64,000 bases of DNA from a virus (IMGVR_UViG_3300017766_003306:5587-69586), one strand, 5' to 3'; shown: positions 46,892 through 57,350, counted from the first letter of the stretch. The notes: generated by a model from the sequence alone, not told the origin. Numbers and translations are program-made.

Positions 46892-47618
46892 TGTTTTGTT
46901 TTTCCCCTATCCCTTCTTTGACTACCGCTTTAAGTATATCAAATACACGAGAAGCTTCTATCTGCCCTTGAGTCAATCCCGTATCTCCAACAGGCTTGTG
47001 CTTAGAGATCAACTCTAAGTTTCTTTGACCTGTCTTTACTACTTCGTTCATGGTGAGTATAGCATCTTTTTGGGACTTAGAAAGCCCCCCACTCTTCTTA
47101 GATTCTTTCATATCAGTAGCTATATTAGAAAATAGATTTACTGCTACATGGTCTAAATAGGATTGAGAACGCTGTAACGCTCCACATACATCGTATGTCT
47201 TAGCTTCATTTTTTATTTTGTGTTCGATAATTTCAAAAAGTAATTGCGTAAAATCGTAATCTAACCCTAAACCCTTCGATACTAATAAAGGCTTAAGACC
47301 TTTCAATCTTTGATCAGCTACTTTATCTAACAAGTTATGCAAGCACACAATGTCGCCATGCTCATCTCTCAGCTTAAGCGTTGCTTGTCTGACCCCTTGC
47401 TGTTGCTTAGAGAGTGCATCATCAGTAGCTAACTTTTCAGCATCTATAAAATCTTCACACAGTTTTGTACAGATCTCAGCAGTCTCGGGGGATTGTCTAT
47501 CTCCATAGATACTATCAACTAAAGCACTCGATATTTGAGTGATTCTAGGGTATCTATAGGTTCTGTTTGTGGGTGTTAATTTTGAAGGTTTTTTAGGTTT
47601 GTTATTGAAGTGGAACAT
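46875..47618 (-). CDS. putative terminase small subunit
   Basis: 247 aa immediately upstream of and overlapping terL; position-based only. Confidence 0.3.
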   Translation of the reverse strand: MFHFNNKPKKPSKLTPTNRTYRYPRITQISSALVDSIYGDRQSPETAEICTKLCEDFIDAEKLATDDALSKQQQGVRQATLKLRDEHGDIVCLHNLLDKVADQRLKGLKPLLVSKGLGLDYDFTQLLFEIIEHKIKNEAKTYDVCGALQRSQSYLDHVAVNLFSNIATDMKESKKSGGLSKSQKDAILTMNEVVKTGQRNLELISKHKPVGDTGLTQGQIEASRVFDILKAVVKEGIGEKQNSEEKQ

Positions 47619-47693
47619 TGTAGCCTCTCAAAAGGGTTGGGCAGGCTATCAACGTAGCCCACCCAAGTTTGTTTTTTGTGTATTGTAGCTTTA

Positions 47694-49046
47694 TTATACT
47701 ACAAGAGGTTGAGATGCAATATCAGCACGATCTTCTACAGTAAGTCTTTCTTCGTAGTGGATGTCGACATTGAAACGACGCTCTACCGCTTCTAGGATTT
47801 CTGTAAGCGATCCTGTTGTAAATACACTCTCAGCATCCGAGCCGTTAATGTAGTTCTCACAGAGCTGTACAAGCACCATAGAATCAAGACGGTTGTCGGT
47901 AGAGATGTTCATAGGAGACGCATCGGCAATCAACTGTTTAGCTTGCTCAAATACTTGCACTTCTTCAGGGAAGAGCTTAATCTTAACAGCCGTCATATTG
48001 ATAGCTTGTACTTCATTCACAGGCTTGATTTTCTCATCAGTAAACGAAGAGTCTTGGTCAAAGTCTTCTTTAAGAGATTCTTTGAACTTCTCTAAATCTT
48101 CAACACTCGAAATCGCTCTAGCTCTCTCTAACAAGACATCAGCATTCTCATTAGAGATGTGATTCACCATAGCATATAAACGAGTAATACCTAAATTACC
48201 TGCTTGCTCTACTGTAACGCCCGCAGAAGAGAACGCTACATAAACTTGCATATCTCGATACAATTTTACTTTTTTATATTCTGTAATGCCTGTTTCTTCA
48301 TTTGTGAGCCAGTCTAAGAATGTAGGAGTCCCAAACTTTGTGTAGCCCTTCTCTTTCGCCCACTCGATATGTTCGCCATTCTCTAAAGCCCCTACTAAGG
48401 CTCCTCCGAAAGCGAAAGCAGATTGGTTTTTCTGTTCAAGCATTGCTTTACCGACAGCTAACCATGACCCTTTTTCTTTACGCAAGTCTGTCATGTATTG
48501 CTCTTCTACACGATGCAAAGCTTCTACTCTATCTGTCCCTTTAATCTTACGAGAATAGAGATCGGATACGGCGTGTTCTACATCACTTTGAGCATCATTT
48601 TCAGGAGTAGAGAAGAACGTATGTTTAGCTAAACTCCACAAGCCTTCAATAGTTGAAAACTTAGATTCTAAGTCTTTTACTTTCTTAGGGTTGCCTAACG
48701 ACTCAGGAGACACAGCTTCAAACGTAACTTCACTAGACGTTGATTTTTGAAATCCAACAATGATAGAATCTTCATTGATTGTCTCTACTGCATATACTCC
48801 ACAACCAGTCACTAATTTTTGTTTTTTATTCAAAACAGTGTTTTCGCCGTAGCCCACAAACGTGTAGCATTTACCAATTTCGATAGCTTGTTTAGTTGTA
48901 CCTTGAGCTAAATCTGCTACTGCACCCTCTAAAGACGATTCATCTACATTAGCTTCAACAGTTCCAGTAATTAAAGTTGCATGTGTCAGGTCGATAGTGA
49001 CCTCCGTACTATTTTCAATTTTAGTACTTTTTTTCTTCTTAGACAT
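47694..49046 (-). CDS. hypothetical protein
   Basis: 450-aa ORF. Confidence 0.45.
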   Translation of the reverse strand: MSKKKKSTKIENSTEVTIDLTHATLITGTVEANVDESSLEGAVADLAQGTTKQAIEIGKCYTFVGYGENTVLNKKQKLVTGCGVYAVETINEDSIIVGFQKSTSSEVTFEAVSPESLGNPKKVKDLESKFSTIEGLWSLAKHTFFSTPENDAQSDVEHAVSDLYSRKIKGTDRVEALHRVEEQYMTDLRKEKGSWLAVGKAMLEQKNQSAFAFGGALVGALENGEHIEWAKEKGYTKFGTPTFLDWLTNEETGITEYKKVKLYRDMQVYVAFSSAGVTVEQAGNLGITRLYAMVNHISNENADVLLERARAISSVEDLEKFKESLKEDFDQDSSFTDEKIKPVNEVQAINMTAVKIKLFPEEVQVFEQAKQLIADASPMNISTDNRLDSMVLVQLCENYINGSDAESVFTTGSLTEILEAVERRFNVDIHYEERLTVEDRADIASQPLVV

Positions 49047-49225
49047 TGTATGTCTCCTGTATACGTTATTGATTAAGGTAAAGAGCCTTGACTTTTTTAA
49101 GTCGTTCTCTGTTCGTATTCTAATATATTAAACTTATAAAGTCAATAGTTTTTAATCCCATTTTAAAAAGCTTAATGAAATTAGATGTTTTCTATGACGA
49201 TATACTAAATCTATATAGTAAGGAT

Positions 49226-49735
49226 TCAAGCTTTTGATCTTAGTGTCTTTTGTAGTTCTGCGTTTGTGGGGATGTAACAGTACAAGCCATTTTTAGGAAA
49301 CTTAACAGATTTTAAATATAGTTGGAACTTATCGTACAAACTATCAATATCTTCTATGCCTGATTCAAGAGTTCTACTACTACCCTTGTAAGAGGATAAA
49401 GAAACTAATTGCCCTCTCTCTATTGAACTCATTACAGAATTGTATAGAGAATCAGATAAGCCCTTTTCGTTAAATATAAAAGACTCATTTCTATAAGCAA
49501 TGAACTTGTCACAACTTAATATGTGCATTGCTAAATTGATGTACTCTCTAAAACTTACAATCTTCCCTCTATTAGTTTTTATGTATCTCTCTAATAATGA
49601 TCTACAAAATGTAGAGAGCTTACACGCCCTCCAAGTATCTACTGTTTTAGTTGCGTACATAAAAGAGTGATCTGAGAGGGGGGATATTCCCCCAACACGC
49701 TTTAAAAAGTCAACCGCTGTACTTTTTTTTGTCAT
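49226..49735 (-). CDS. hypothetical protein
   Basis: 169-aa ORF; first gene of the minus-strand block. Confidence 0.4.
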   Translation of the reverse strand: MTKKSTAVDFLKRVGGISPLSDHSFMYATKTVDTWRACKLSTFCRSLLERYIKTNRGKIVSFREYINLAMHILSCDKFIAYRNESFIFNEKGLSDSLYNSVMSSIERGQLVSLSSYKGSSRTLESGIEDIDSLYDKFQLYLKSVKFPKNGLYCYIPTNAELQKTLRSKA

Positions 49736-50084
49736 TTTTTTATCTGCCTTTGTAGTTTAAGATGAGCTTGAGTTAAGTATAGCAGACTGTAAAGCGTTGT
49801 CAAGTCTGGGTTTTAGCGAAAACCGCAACTATAATGTCATAGACTAGAACTAGCAATTATATCTGAGACTCTTCCCCATGTATCTTCAGTTTATCTATGT
49901 CTCGTCTATATAAAGATATTGAGCATGACTTCTTTGTATTATAACTTTTAGATTACCGACGCTCCGCTTTTTCAAAAAAATCCAACGGGAAATACATTGA
50001 AAAGATTAAAACGAGTAAATTAAACAGAGAATAAGAAAAAGAGTTGAAGCAACTCTCAAAGGGTTAGAGTTTCGCTCGGCGGGC

Positions 50085-50113
50085 TTGACTTTATGTATTT
50101 AATATGTTATTAT
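50085..50113 (+). promoter_or_regulatory. sigma70-like promoter TTGACT-N17-TATTAT
   Basis: -35 50085-50090, -10 50108-50113. Confidence 0.5.
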
Positions 50114-50179
50114 GAATCATATACAGACGTTTTAAATAAGTACTTGCTTTTTTGTTTCTTGTGTTGTATTATGACTATA

Positions 50180-50260
50180 CGTTCAAGGAAACTAAGACAA
50201 GAAATACTATATTATTTTAAGATTTTGTCTTGTAGTATCTTGTCTTAGTTTCTTTGAACG
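50180..50260. repeat. 22-bp inverted repeat (1 mismatch) CGTTCAAGGAAACTAAGACAAG with 37-nt spacer at the strand-switch region
   Basis: arm1 50180-50201, arm2 50239-50260. Confidence 0.8.
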
Positions 50261-50271
50261 GTAACTGAGCA

Positions 50272-52137
50272 ATGTGCTACAAGACTCCTTTTTTTATGTC
50301 TTGTGTCGCTAACGAGCTTAAAGAAGGAACTACTACGATGTTTAAACAGATTGAAGGATTAGGTAAACGCCCCGCTCACTATAAAGTAGGGGTTAGGGAG
50401 ATTAAAATTAAGGCAGATAATGGGGCTGTTTACAACTTCGATAAATCTATGTCTAAAGAGTATGTCGCTTTTCGTTCAGGGGTTTTCGGTAAATCTATTA
50501 CTAAGACTGTCGTAGATGGGGTAGGCGGAGAAATGACTTCTGCGTTTGTAGAAGAGTTTAAGCTTATGATGCTCTACGTCCTTGCTGTTAAGCCTGACCA
50601 GTTTAGAGAGTTAATAGCTAATGTCAGAAATCAGAGAGAAGGATACCTAACGATGTATGACTTCTACACTGCGTTATTGGGTTTAGGTGCTGATGCTTTC
50701 TACTTTAGATTCAATTTGTGGGGGCAGAGATGGGCTACCCTGTTTGAAGATACTGAATTGAGTATTTCAGACTCTAACCCTAGAGTACTGAGCCGTGCAG
50801 GGCGTAAAATGGGTATTCCTTATGCGGGAAGACCTCGGCATTTGAGCATCCACCACCTCTTCAATCTTAGAGAGCGTCACGTATTGAGATCTGCTTATTG
50901 GTCTACAATAGGGACTGGAAAGTTATTAGGGTATTCTATCGACAAAGCATCTATTATGGAGATGGCGTGGAAACCGCTAACTATGGGGAATACGAACCCG
51001 AACTACCCAGTCTATCGTACTAAGATTGAGTCATTACTAGATAATGCAGAGAAGCACACTCCAAGAATACTAAGAAGAGTGAGTACTGTTGAATCGCAAG
51101 CGTTGAAAGAGAAGGGTTGGGAATCCGCTTGGTTTGAGGGGATCTCTCCAAATAGAAAGAATAACTACTGCCAGTATATTCCTTCATGCTTAGATGAATA
51201 CAGATCAGTTCAAAGACTTAGACATTCTATCGTAGATTTAACAGATAATATGATTAGCTTCTACAAAACAGACAGTCATGCCCCTGAGACTCATGTACTG
51301 TTTGACTACAGCCACTTGTATTTTAATCTAGGTAAGCAACTCTTCAAACGCCCTGAATACGGGCATAACGAGCTTATACGCCCCTCTAAATGGAAAGATA
51401 CGCTCAAAGGCGTAGACCATAAAACAGTAGATAAGATTTATACGGCTGTAGAAAGCGTTGGGGGATTTGTAATGCCTTGCCCGTGGCATGAAGACGAGAT
51501 TTTAGCATCTGCCATTGATTTCTTATCTGCTAATAAGCCATGGTTAGACTTATTTTATAGACGTGAGACGCTAGGGAAGCGGGACAGAGAAGTCTTTAAT
51601 ATCAAACACGATGAGCTTCTACAGTCACAAGCATATTACTCTGAGCTTAATGTAGCTTACGAAGACGAAGATTATTTTTCTGAAAGCTTAGCAGAGCCTA
51701 TATACTCTCGCTACTGCAACTTCTTTAATGCCTCTAAAGTGCCTATGTTATTAGGTACTTCCCCAATAGTCGCTAAGCGTAGGGAGGTTTGGGCGTTACT
51801 TGCCCGATCTGTTGAGCATTTTACTAGATATATGCTCTCTAATACTTCAAAGCTTTTGAACAATTTACACAATCTTCCACAGTTATTGCAAGGTCTAGTC
51901 ACTACAATCTCAGCAACCGAGAAGCTCACACAGTTAAACAATATAAGTATCTTAAGGAGATTACTAGATGGAGTTCAAAGCCAAGAAGAACGGGACTCAG
52001 AAGGGTTACAGAAGAGAATCGAAGAGTGTGAAAGCCGAACCTTTCTCGAAGGTCGTTCTATCCGAGAAGCCCTCGCATACGCACGAGAAAACTTGGCATA
52101 CTATGAGGGGACTGGACTTGCCTCAGCAGGATGTTGA
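50272..52137 (+). CDS. hypothetical large protein
   Basis: 621-aa ORF (alternative start ATG 50338 with AAGGAA RBS). Confidence 0.45.
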   Translation: MCYKTPFFMSCVANELKEGTTTMFKQIEGLGKRPAHYKVGVREIKIKADNGAVYNFDKSMSKEYVAFRSGVFGKSITKTVVDGVGGEMTSAFVEEFKLMMLYVLAVKPDQFRELIANVRNQREGYLTMYDFYTALLGLGADAFYFRFNLWGQRWATLFEDTELSISDSNPRVLSRAGRKMGIPYAGRPRHLSIHHLFNLRERHVLRSAYWSTIGTGKLLGYSIDKASIMEMAWKPLTMGNTNPNYPVYRTKIESLLDNAEKHTPRILRRVSTVESQALKEKGWESAWFEGISPNRKNNYCQYIPSCLDEYRSVQRLRHSIVDLTDNMISFYKTDSHAPETHVLFDYSHLYFNLGKQLFKRPEYGHNELIRPSKWKDTLKGVDHKTVDKIYTAVESVGGFVMPCPWHEDEILASAIDFLSANKPWLDLFYRRETLGKRDREVFNIKHDELLQSQAYYSELNVAYEDEDYFSESLAEPIYSRYCNFFNASKVPMLLGTSPIVAKRREVWALLARSVEHFTRYMLSNTSKLLNNLHNLPQLLQGLVTTISATEKLTQLNNISILRRLLDGVQSQEERDSEGLQKRIEECESRTFLEGRSIREALAYARENLAYYEGTGLASAGC

Positions 52138-53059
52138 GAAGCATTCTTTAGTTGATCACATAGATTTAGAAGAAGTAAAAACTAAGCTAAGACTTATGGG
52201 CTACGGTGATCTACCTGAGTATTTAGGTGAGCAATTTGTAAACTCATTTCTCCCCCTCTTACTTGATAGAGTAGATTACTCAGACCCTAAAGCTGTCCCT
52301 ATTGAGTCTTTTATTGCAAGCATAGGAGTCATTATGACTCATTCAAAGCGTAGTAATAGACGGACAGGCAAGTACTTCTATACAAATACAGAGATTAAAC
52401 GATTAGCAGGAAAATATAGAGCTAACTTCTCAGAATGCTTGTCTATCTATAAAAAAGCGGGATATACGTTTTGGTCTTTATTTGACTTCGTTTGTGGGTA
52501 TCAATTTTCCCATTACTTGTATAGCATTCAGTTTCATGGACGTAGTTTTTATCCACTCAATAAAGGCTATATAACTTTGATGAGAGAATACTTACGCTTA
52601 CAGCTTACAGACACTATGCCTGACTTTGAACCTCGACCTAAGTTCTGTAGTCTTAACCCACACTTACATATCTTTGATACGACAGAAATACAGTTAGACC
52701 TACTTTTTGACCCTGAGTATGTAAGACGACTTACAGCAAATCTACCGTACTTCAATAAACTTAACCCAAAAACATTGTCTATCTATCAAACAACGTCACT
52801 TAAAGGTAATGATTTAAAAGCATTCATCATAGAGAATACAAACATAGAACACTATGCAAAGCCTCAAGTACCGTTTCATAGAACGATAAGAGATTCTTTC
52901 GTCTCTGAGTGTATTATTCCTTACGTCGATGAACAATACTTAGATGAAACTAGATCTATAGAACTAGACCATTTAAAAGAAAGACTTTCTACGGCGATAG
53001 AAAAAGCAAACAGTGCTGAAAAGCCTTTGCACAATATGATTTTCTTAGATGTTTCATAA
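52103..53059 (+). CDS. hypothetical protein
   Basis: ORF track 51968..53059 overlaps previous gene; first ATG at 52103. Confidence 0.4.
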   Translation: MRGLDLPQQDVEKHSLVDHIDLEEVKTKLRLMGYGDLPEYLGEQFVNSFLPLLLDRVDYSDPKAVPIESFIASIGVIMTHSKRSNRRTGKYFYTNTEIKRLAGKYRANFSECLSIYKKAGYTFWSLFDFVCGYQFSHYLYSIQFHGRSFYPLNKGYITLMREYLRLQLTDTMPDFEPRPKFCSLNPHLHIFDTTEIQLDLLFDPEYVRRLTANLPYFNKLNPKTLSIYQTTSLKGNDLKAFIIENTNIEHYAKPQVPFHRTIRDSFVSECIIPYVDEQYLDETRSIELDHLKERLSTAIEKANSAEKPLHNMIFLDVS

Positions 53060-53070
53060 TATCTATTAGC

Positions 53071-53099
53071 TTGACAAAATTATTTCAATACTCTATAAT
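53071..53099 (+). promoter_or_regulatory. consensus sigma70 promoter TTGACA-N17-TATAAT
   Basis: exact -35 and -10 hexamers with 17-nt spacer. Confidence 0.65.
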
Positions 53100-53170
53100 G
53101 AGTACATAGATTGTTTACTTGACTTTTTAAGTATTACAATCTCGTTATTTTATTTAATGTTTAGGAGCAG

Positions 53171-55114
53171 GTGATGAGCTTACATTCGATTAACAAGCAT
53201 TTTTTTGACAATGATATTTTCGTAGCAATCAAGACAAGAGAGCATCAATCTATTGAAGAGCAATTGTTTGAGCGGGTGAAGAGTATAAACGATGTCGTAT
53301 TTAAAACAAGTGGATCTAAAGTAGATTTTGTTGTTTATGCTAATGGTTGGTTTAGAATGACCGAGAACCATTTTAAAAAAGATACTTACATTGAAGCCTT
53401 AAGCCTACGTCAAACCTCAGACATATACCCAACTAAAAACATAAGCCAAGATTTAAAAGATGAAGCTGATTATTTAATGTCTCACCCTCAAGGCACTGCC
53501 AATGATGGTGCATCTGCATTGCTCGCAGGCGTACAGCCTACAGGATCAAATGCGTCTTCGGGGGTTAAAAGACCCATTGACTTGTCTGTAGATACTATCT
53601 ATCTAATCCCTTGGGCTAGCAAAGACATTGATAATGCAGTAATAGAGAGATCTCTTGCTAACCTTCATAGTATTATTTCGGGGTCTAGTCGTGTGTATGG
53701 AGGTAAAAAAGTACCGTGCAAGCACTTGTTCGTATTTTTAATGGCGGAAGATGAAACATTGCCCGCAAAGATCGGTGAGCGTTTCTCTATAATTACTACA
53801 GATTTATGCAGTGATGAAGAGCGTAAAGCGTTAGCTGAGAGCTTATTATTTAACAAAGCTCTCGTAGATAATACGCTTAAAAAAGTAGATATGGGTTTAA
53901 AGGATAAAGAGACTCCTAAAGCTAGAGAGGCTACTCTAAAAGCTGTAAAATTAGCTTTGCTAGATATGAAGGCGGGTCTTAAGGGGGATATGTTATTAGA
54001 TAAAGTTGTCAGAGCTACACGAGGCATGACGACTAAAGAACTCAAAATCACTATAAGTACTTTGAGGTGGATTATTACTTCTCAGATTCACCCCAATAAT
54101 ACCCCCATGTCTATTACTTCAGCCCAAGACATCGTAGATTTTGTACAAAAAGAAAAAATCTCGATCGTAAACAAGTGTAGTGCTTTAATGTTTATGAAGA
54201 GTCAAGACTCGTCAGATGTTGGGGGTCTAGGAGAGATTAAGAAGTTTATCGAACGTAAAAAACATTGCTACAGTCCTGAAGCAGGTAAGTTTGGATTGTC
54301 TCGACCCAAAGGTATCACTGTTGCGGGTATCTCAGGTACGGGTAAGAGTTTGATCGCTACTGTATTATCTAAAGAATTAGGTATCCCTGCTGTTCGATTA
54401 GATGTGAGTAAGCTCTTTGATAAGCACGTTGGATCTAGTGAAAGCAATACAGGCAAAGCTTTAGAGATGATTAAAGAACTTGCCCCTATCGTCGTATTCG
54501 TAGATGAAGTAGAAAAAGCGTTTGCGGGTATTGGGTCTAGTGGGGATAGTGGTGTTGGGACTAAAGTCTTCGGTAGCTTCTTGACTGCTATGCAAGAGAA
54601 TAACGACTTAGGTATATTTTGGGTATTCTCTGCTAACGACATCTCAGGACTCCCTACAGAGTTGACTCGTAAAGGGCGTATTGATGAAGTCTTCGGTGTA
54701 GGGTTCCCTACTCGATCAGAAGTTTTAGAAGTGCTTAAAATCCACTTACGCAAGCGTAAGTATGACCCTGAAAAGCTTTCTTCAAATATGCTTAACGCTA
54801 TTGTAGAATTATTGACAGTCCCTAATAAGTTTGTACCTGCTGAGATTGAGCATATCGTAGAGGAAGCGATGCTGACTAGCTTTATTGACAATCGTAGCGA
54901 ATTACAGCTTGAAGACTTTAGAGACGCTATCTTAAGCACTAAGCCTATCTCTGTTACAAGCAAAGAAAAGTGTGAAGAGATCATTAGATGGATTACGACT
55001 CACGCTCGACCTGCAAGTAAGGAAGTAGGTGTAATCAGCTCTAATCTTATCCCACTCACCGATCTTATCGTTGAAGATGAAGATACTGATATGTTCCCAC
55101 AAGGTGCTATTTAA
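53171..55114 (+). CDS. AAA+ ATPase (classic AAA clade) with ~370-aa N-terminal extension
   Basis: Walker A GISGTGKS, Walker B VVFVDEVEKA, second region of homology-like segment downstream. Confidence 0.65.
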   Translation: MMSLHSINKHFFDNDIFVAIKTREHQSIEEQLFERVKSINDVVFKTSGSKVDFVVYANGWFRMTENHFKKDTYIEALSLRQTSDIYPTKNISQDLKDEADYLMSHPQGTANDGASALLAGVQPTGSNASSGVKRPIDLSVDTIYLIPWASKDIDNAVIERSLANLHSIISGSSRVYGGKKVPCKHLFVFLMAEDETLPAKIGERFSIITTDLCSDEERKALAESLLFNKALVDNTLKKVDMGLKDKETPKAREATLKAVKLALLDMKAGLKGDMLLDKVVRATRGMTTKELKITISTLRWIITSQIHPNNTPMSITSAQDIVDFVQKEKISIVNKCSALMFMKSQDSSDVGGLGEIKKFIERKKHCYSPEAGKFGLSRPKGITVAGISGTGKSLIATVLSKELGIPAVRLDVSKLFDKHVGSSESNTGKALEMIKELAPIVVFVDEVEKAFAGIGSSGDSGVGTKVFGSFLTAMQENNDLGIFWVFSANDISGLPTELTRKGRIDEVFGVGFPTRSEVLEVLKIHLRKRKYDPEKLSSNMLNAIVELLTVPNKFVPAEIEHIVEEAMLTSFIDNRSELQLEDFRDAILSTKPISVTSKEKCEEIIRWITTHARPASKEVGVISSNLIPLTDLIVEDEDTDMFPQGAI

Positions 55115-55120
55115 AATTGC

Positions 55121-55149
55121 TTGACAATTTAAACATTATACTTTATAAT
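55121..55149 (+). promoter_or_regulatory. consensus sigma70 promoter TTGACA-N17-TATAAT
   Basis: GCTTGACAATTTAAACATTATACTTTATAAT. Confidence 0.65.
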
Positions 55150-55199
55150 AGAAGAATACAGCTTAAGAATAAGCAACTATGCAGTAAAGGTAATTAACT

Positions 55200-56135
55200 G
55201 TGATTCCATATAGCACATTCGATACTCTAAAAAGTGTATCATTCTTAGTAGGAAATACTATAGGAGTCTTGCTAGACAAGACTACAGCTAGGCAAGGGGA
55301 GCCTGTACTCATTCAAATAAAGCCTACGATTGTCTATATTAAACCCGATGGAAACAAAGGCTACTACACGCCCCCAAATAAGTTCCTTACACAAGAGCTT
55401 AAAGCAAAGATTACGCCTGTGTTATCTTCTCATACAGTGTCGTTATTCTGCGATGCTTGGAAGAATGAAGAGCATACTGTACGGCATAGAATGAGAGAGC
55501 GTGGGGCTGTTTATGATATTCTTGGAGATATTTCAATCCCCATGCACTCTATGACGCTATCTATCAAGTCCCCTGTGTACATTATTCATAGAATCAGCAT
55601 TGTAAGAAAAAACAAGAATCTATCTGCTATAAGCGTTCTCAAAAGTCGTACCCCTTTTTCTAGCATGACAGAAGGATCTCAGTATACGATCGTCACGCGG
55701 TGTAGTAACTCTGATGACTTTAAGATACTTGCAGGGTATAAAGTAGGGCTTATGAGAGACCTTACTGCTAATGTTAGGAAGTCAGAGGATACTCTTGTTA
55801 CTAAGTTTGGGGGCATTCAGGGACGATTTGTTTCTTACGATACAGCCCGCAAAGAGAGACTAATTCTACCTAATGGGGGACAATACATTACAGACCCCTC
55901 AGAGATTCCGTTCTTACACGCACATATCATAGACAATAGAGAGAAGCTCGAAGTCACCCCCGATATGTTTAATGAGTCAGTTAGCAGTGCTAAAGCTAAA
56001 TCTACTGTTGATGAAGCAATTATCAATCCTTTACTGTTTAGCGATAGCCCTACTAAGTCTCGCAAGAAAAAACCTAAAGAAGAAGATACCGACAGCTTCT
56101 TCCCTATGTTAATGTCGGATAATGGAGTGTATTAA
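55200..56135 (+). CDS. hypothetical protein
   Basis: 311-aa ORF, GTG start after AAGG. Confidence 0.4.
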   Translation: MIPYSTFDTLKSVSFLVGNTIGVLLDKTTARQGEPVLIQIKPTIVYIKPDGNKGYYTPPNKFLTQELKAKITPVLSSHTVSLFCDAWKNEEHTVRHRMRERGAVYDILGDISIPMHSMTLSIKSPVYIIHRISIVRKNKNLSAISVLKSRTPFSSMTEGSQYTIVTRCSNSDDFKILAGYKVGLMRDLTANVRKSEDTLVTKFGGIQGRFVSYDTARKERLILPNGGQYITDPSEIPFLHAHIIDNREKLEVTPDMFNESVSSAKAKSTVDEAIINPLLFSDSPTKSRKKKPKEEDTDSFFPMLMSDNGVY

Positions 56136-56137
56136 CT

Positions 56138-56665
56138 ATGAGTCATACAACTACTTTTAGTGACCTTAAAATCACTAATGTAATAGCCCTTCAAAATGCT
56201 GTAGCTTTGTTGAGGAACTTATTTAACATCAACTGTGAATTATTAGTGAATGAAAACGCTAAAATGTATTACGCTGAACAAGCTTTGCATAACGGCAAAC
56301 CTTATGATTATGTTCTAAGAATGCCTAAATCAAAGTACGATGTAGCGTTTGCTTGGGACGATACTAAAACAGAACTAAATGTATATTATGATTCGTTTGG
56401 GGGTCATGTTCGTAGAGTTCTTGGGTACAGCTCTGAAGAAATGGCGGGCTTTATGAATAAGCTAAAACAAGCTTGTGAAGCTAATGGTCTCACAGCCGTT
56501 GATGAAGCTACTGCTCAGCAAGTAGACTTATCTAAATTGCTCACAGCATATCAAGCAGGAGTAACTCTGAACGGTCTAACGGAGCAAGGGTACACAATTA
56601 CGGACGATAATATCTCGTTTCAAGATGGTGTAGTAGAGTTTGAAGTTGACGTGTGCTTAGTTTAA
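56138..56665 (+). CDS. hypothetical protein
   Basis: 175-aa ORF. Confidence 0.4.
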   Translation: MSHTTTFSDLKITNVIALQNAVALLRNLFNINCELLVNENAKMYYAEQALHNGKPYDYVLRMPKSKYDVAFAWDDTKTELNVYYDSFGGHVRRVLGYSSEEMAGFMNKLKQACEANGLTAVDEATAQQVDLSKLLTAYQAGVTLNGLTEQGYTITDDNISFQDGVVEFEVDVCLV

Positions 56666-56725
56666 TTAGCACACGAATATATTATTAAATTAAATTATTA
56701 AAAATAAAGACTGGAGGTCATACTA

Positions 56726-56929
56726 ATGGCAAAAATTAAGTTGTCGATTCTACCTTTAGGGTTAGGTACGATTACGAATGTTGAAGGAGTATCGGGGAGT
56801 TCTTGTACTGCGGTTACAGCAGTTTTAGATAAGGCTTTAGCTGAGATGTCTCGTACAAATAACGTAGAGCATACTCAAGAGTACTACGAGGCAGACGATA
56901 AAGAAGTCTTAGGGGAGATTGTGAGCTAA
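56726..56929 (+). CDS. hypothetical protein
   Basis: 67-aa ORF, GGAGG RBS. Confidence 0.35.
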   Translation: MAKIKLSILPLGLGTITNVEGVSGSSCTAVTAVLDKALAEMSRTNNVEHTQEYYEADDKEVLGEIVS

Positions 56930-57325
56930 ATGAGCAATACAAACGAACGCCCCCCTGTAAACAAAATTAAACAGAAAATCTTTGCATCGTTTATGGGGGT
57001 TACAAGTCTTATGCCTACAAGAGACTTAGAGCATATTACAGGCTCTGATAATCTTTTTGAGATGATGAATAATCCCGCTCTCCCTGACGTAAACTTACGC
57101 CGAGTCACTAACATAGACTTAGTAGACTCTCCCGACCCTAACGAGAGTAGAAAAGTTTGGGTATGTCGTGTAGGCGATCTGTATATGCAGAAAGACTTTT
57201 CAGGGTTAGGTAAATTAGAAACAGCTCAAACATTCTTAAAAAGATCTGATGCGATTGACTATGAGATTCAGTATATTCAAAAAGGAAATGTTGTAGTTAT
57301 TGGCGATCAGTCTTATGCTTACTAG
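56930..57325 (+). CDS. hypothetical protein
   Basis: 131-aa ORF. Confidence 0.4.
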   Translation: MSNTNERPPVNKIKQKIFASFMGVTSLMPTRDLEHITGSDNLFEMMNNPALPDVNLRRVTNIDLVDSPDPNESRKVWVCRVGDLYMQKDFSGLGKLETAQTFLKRSDAIDYEIQYIQKGNVVVIGDQSYAY

Positions 57326-57350
57326 CAGTTTATATTAGAGAATTATTTGC

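Noticed and set aside
53665-54984. Minus-strand ORFs 53665..54051 and 54268..54984 inside the AAA+ ATPase gene
   Set aside because: Antisense to a CDS with clear Walker motifs; Ser/Leu-rich shadow ORFs.
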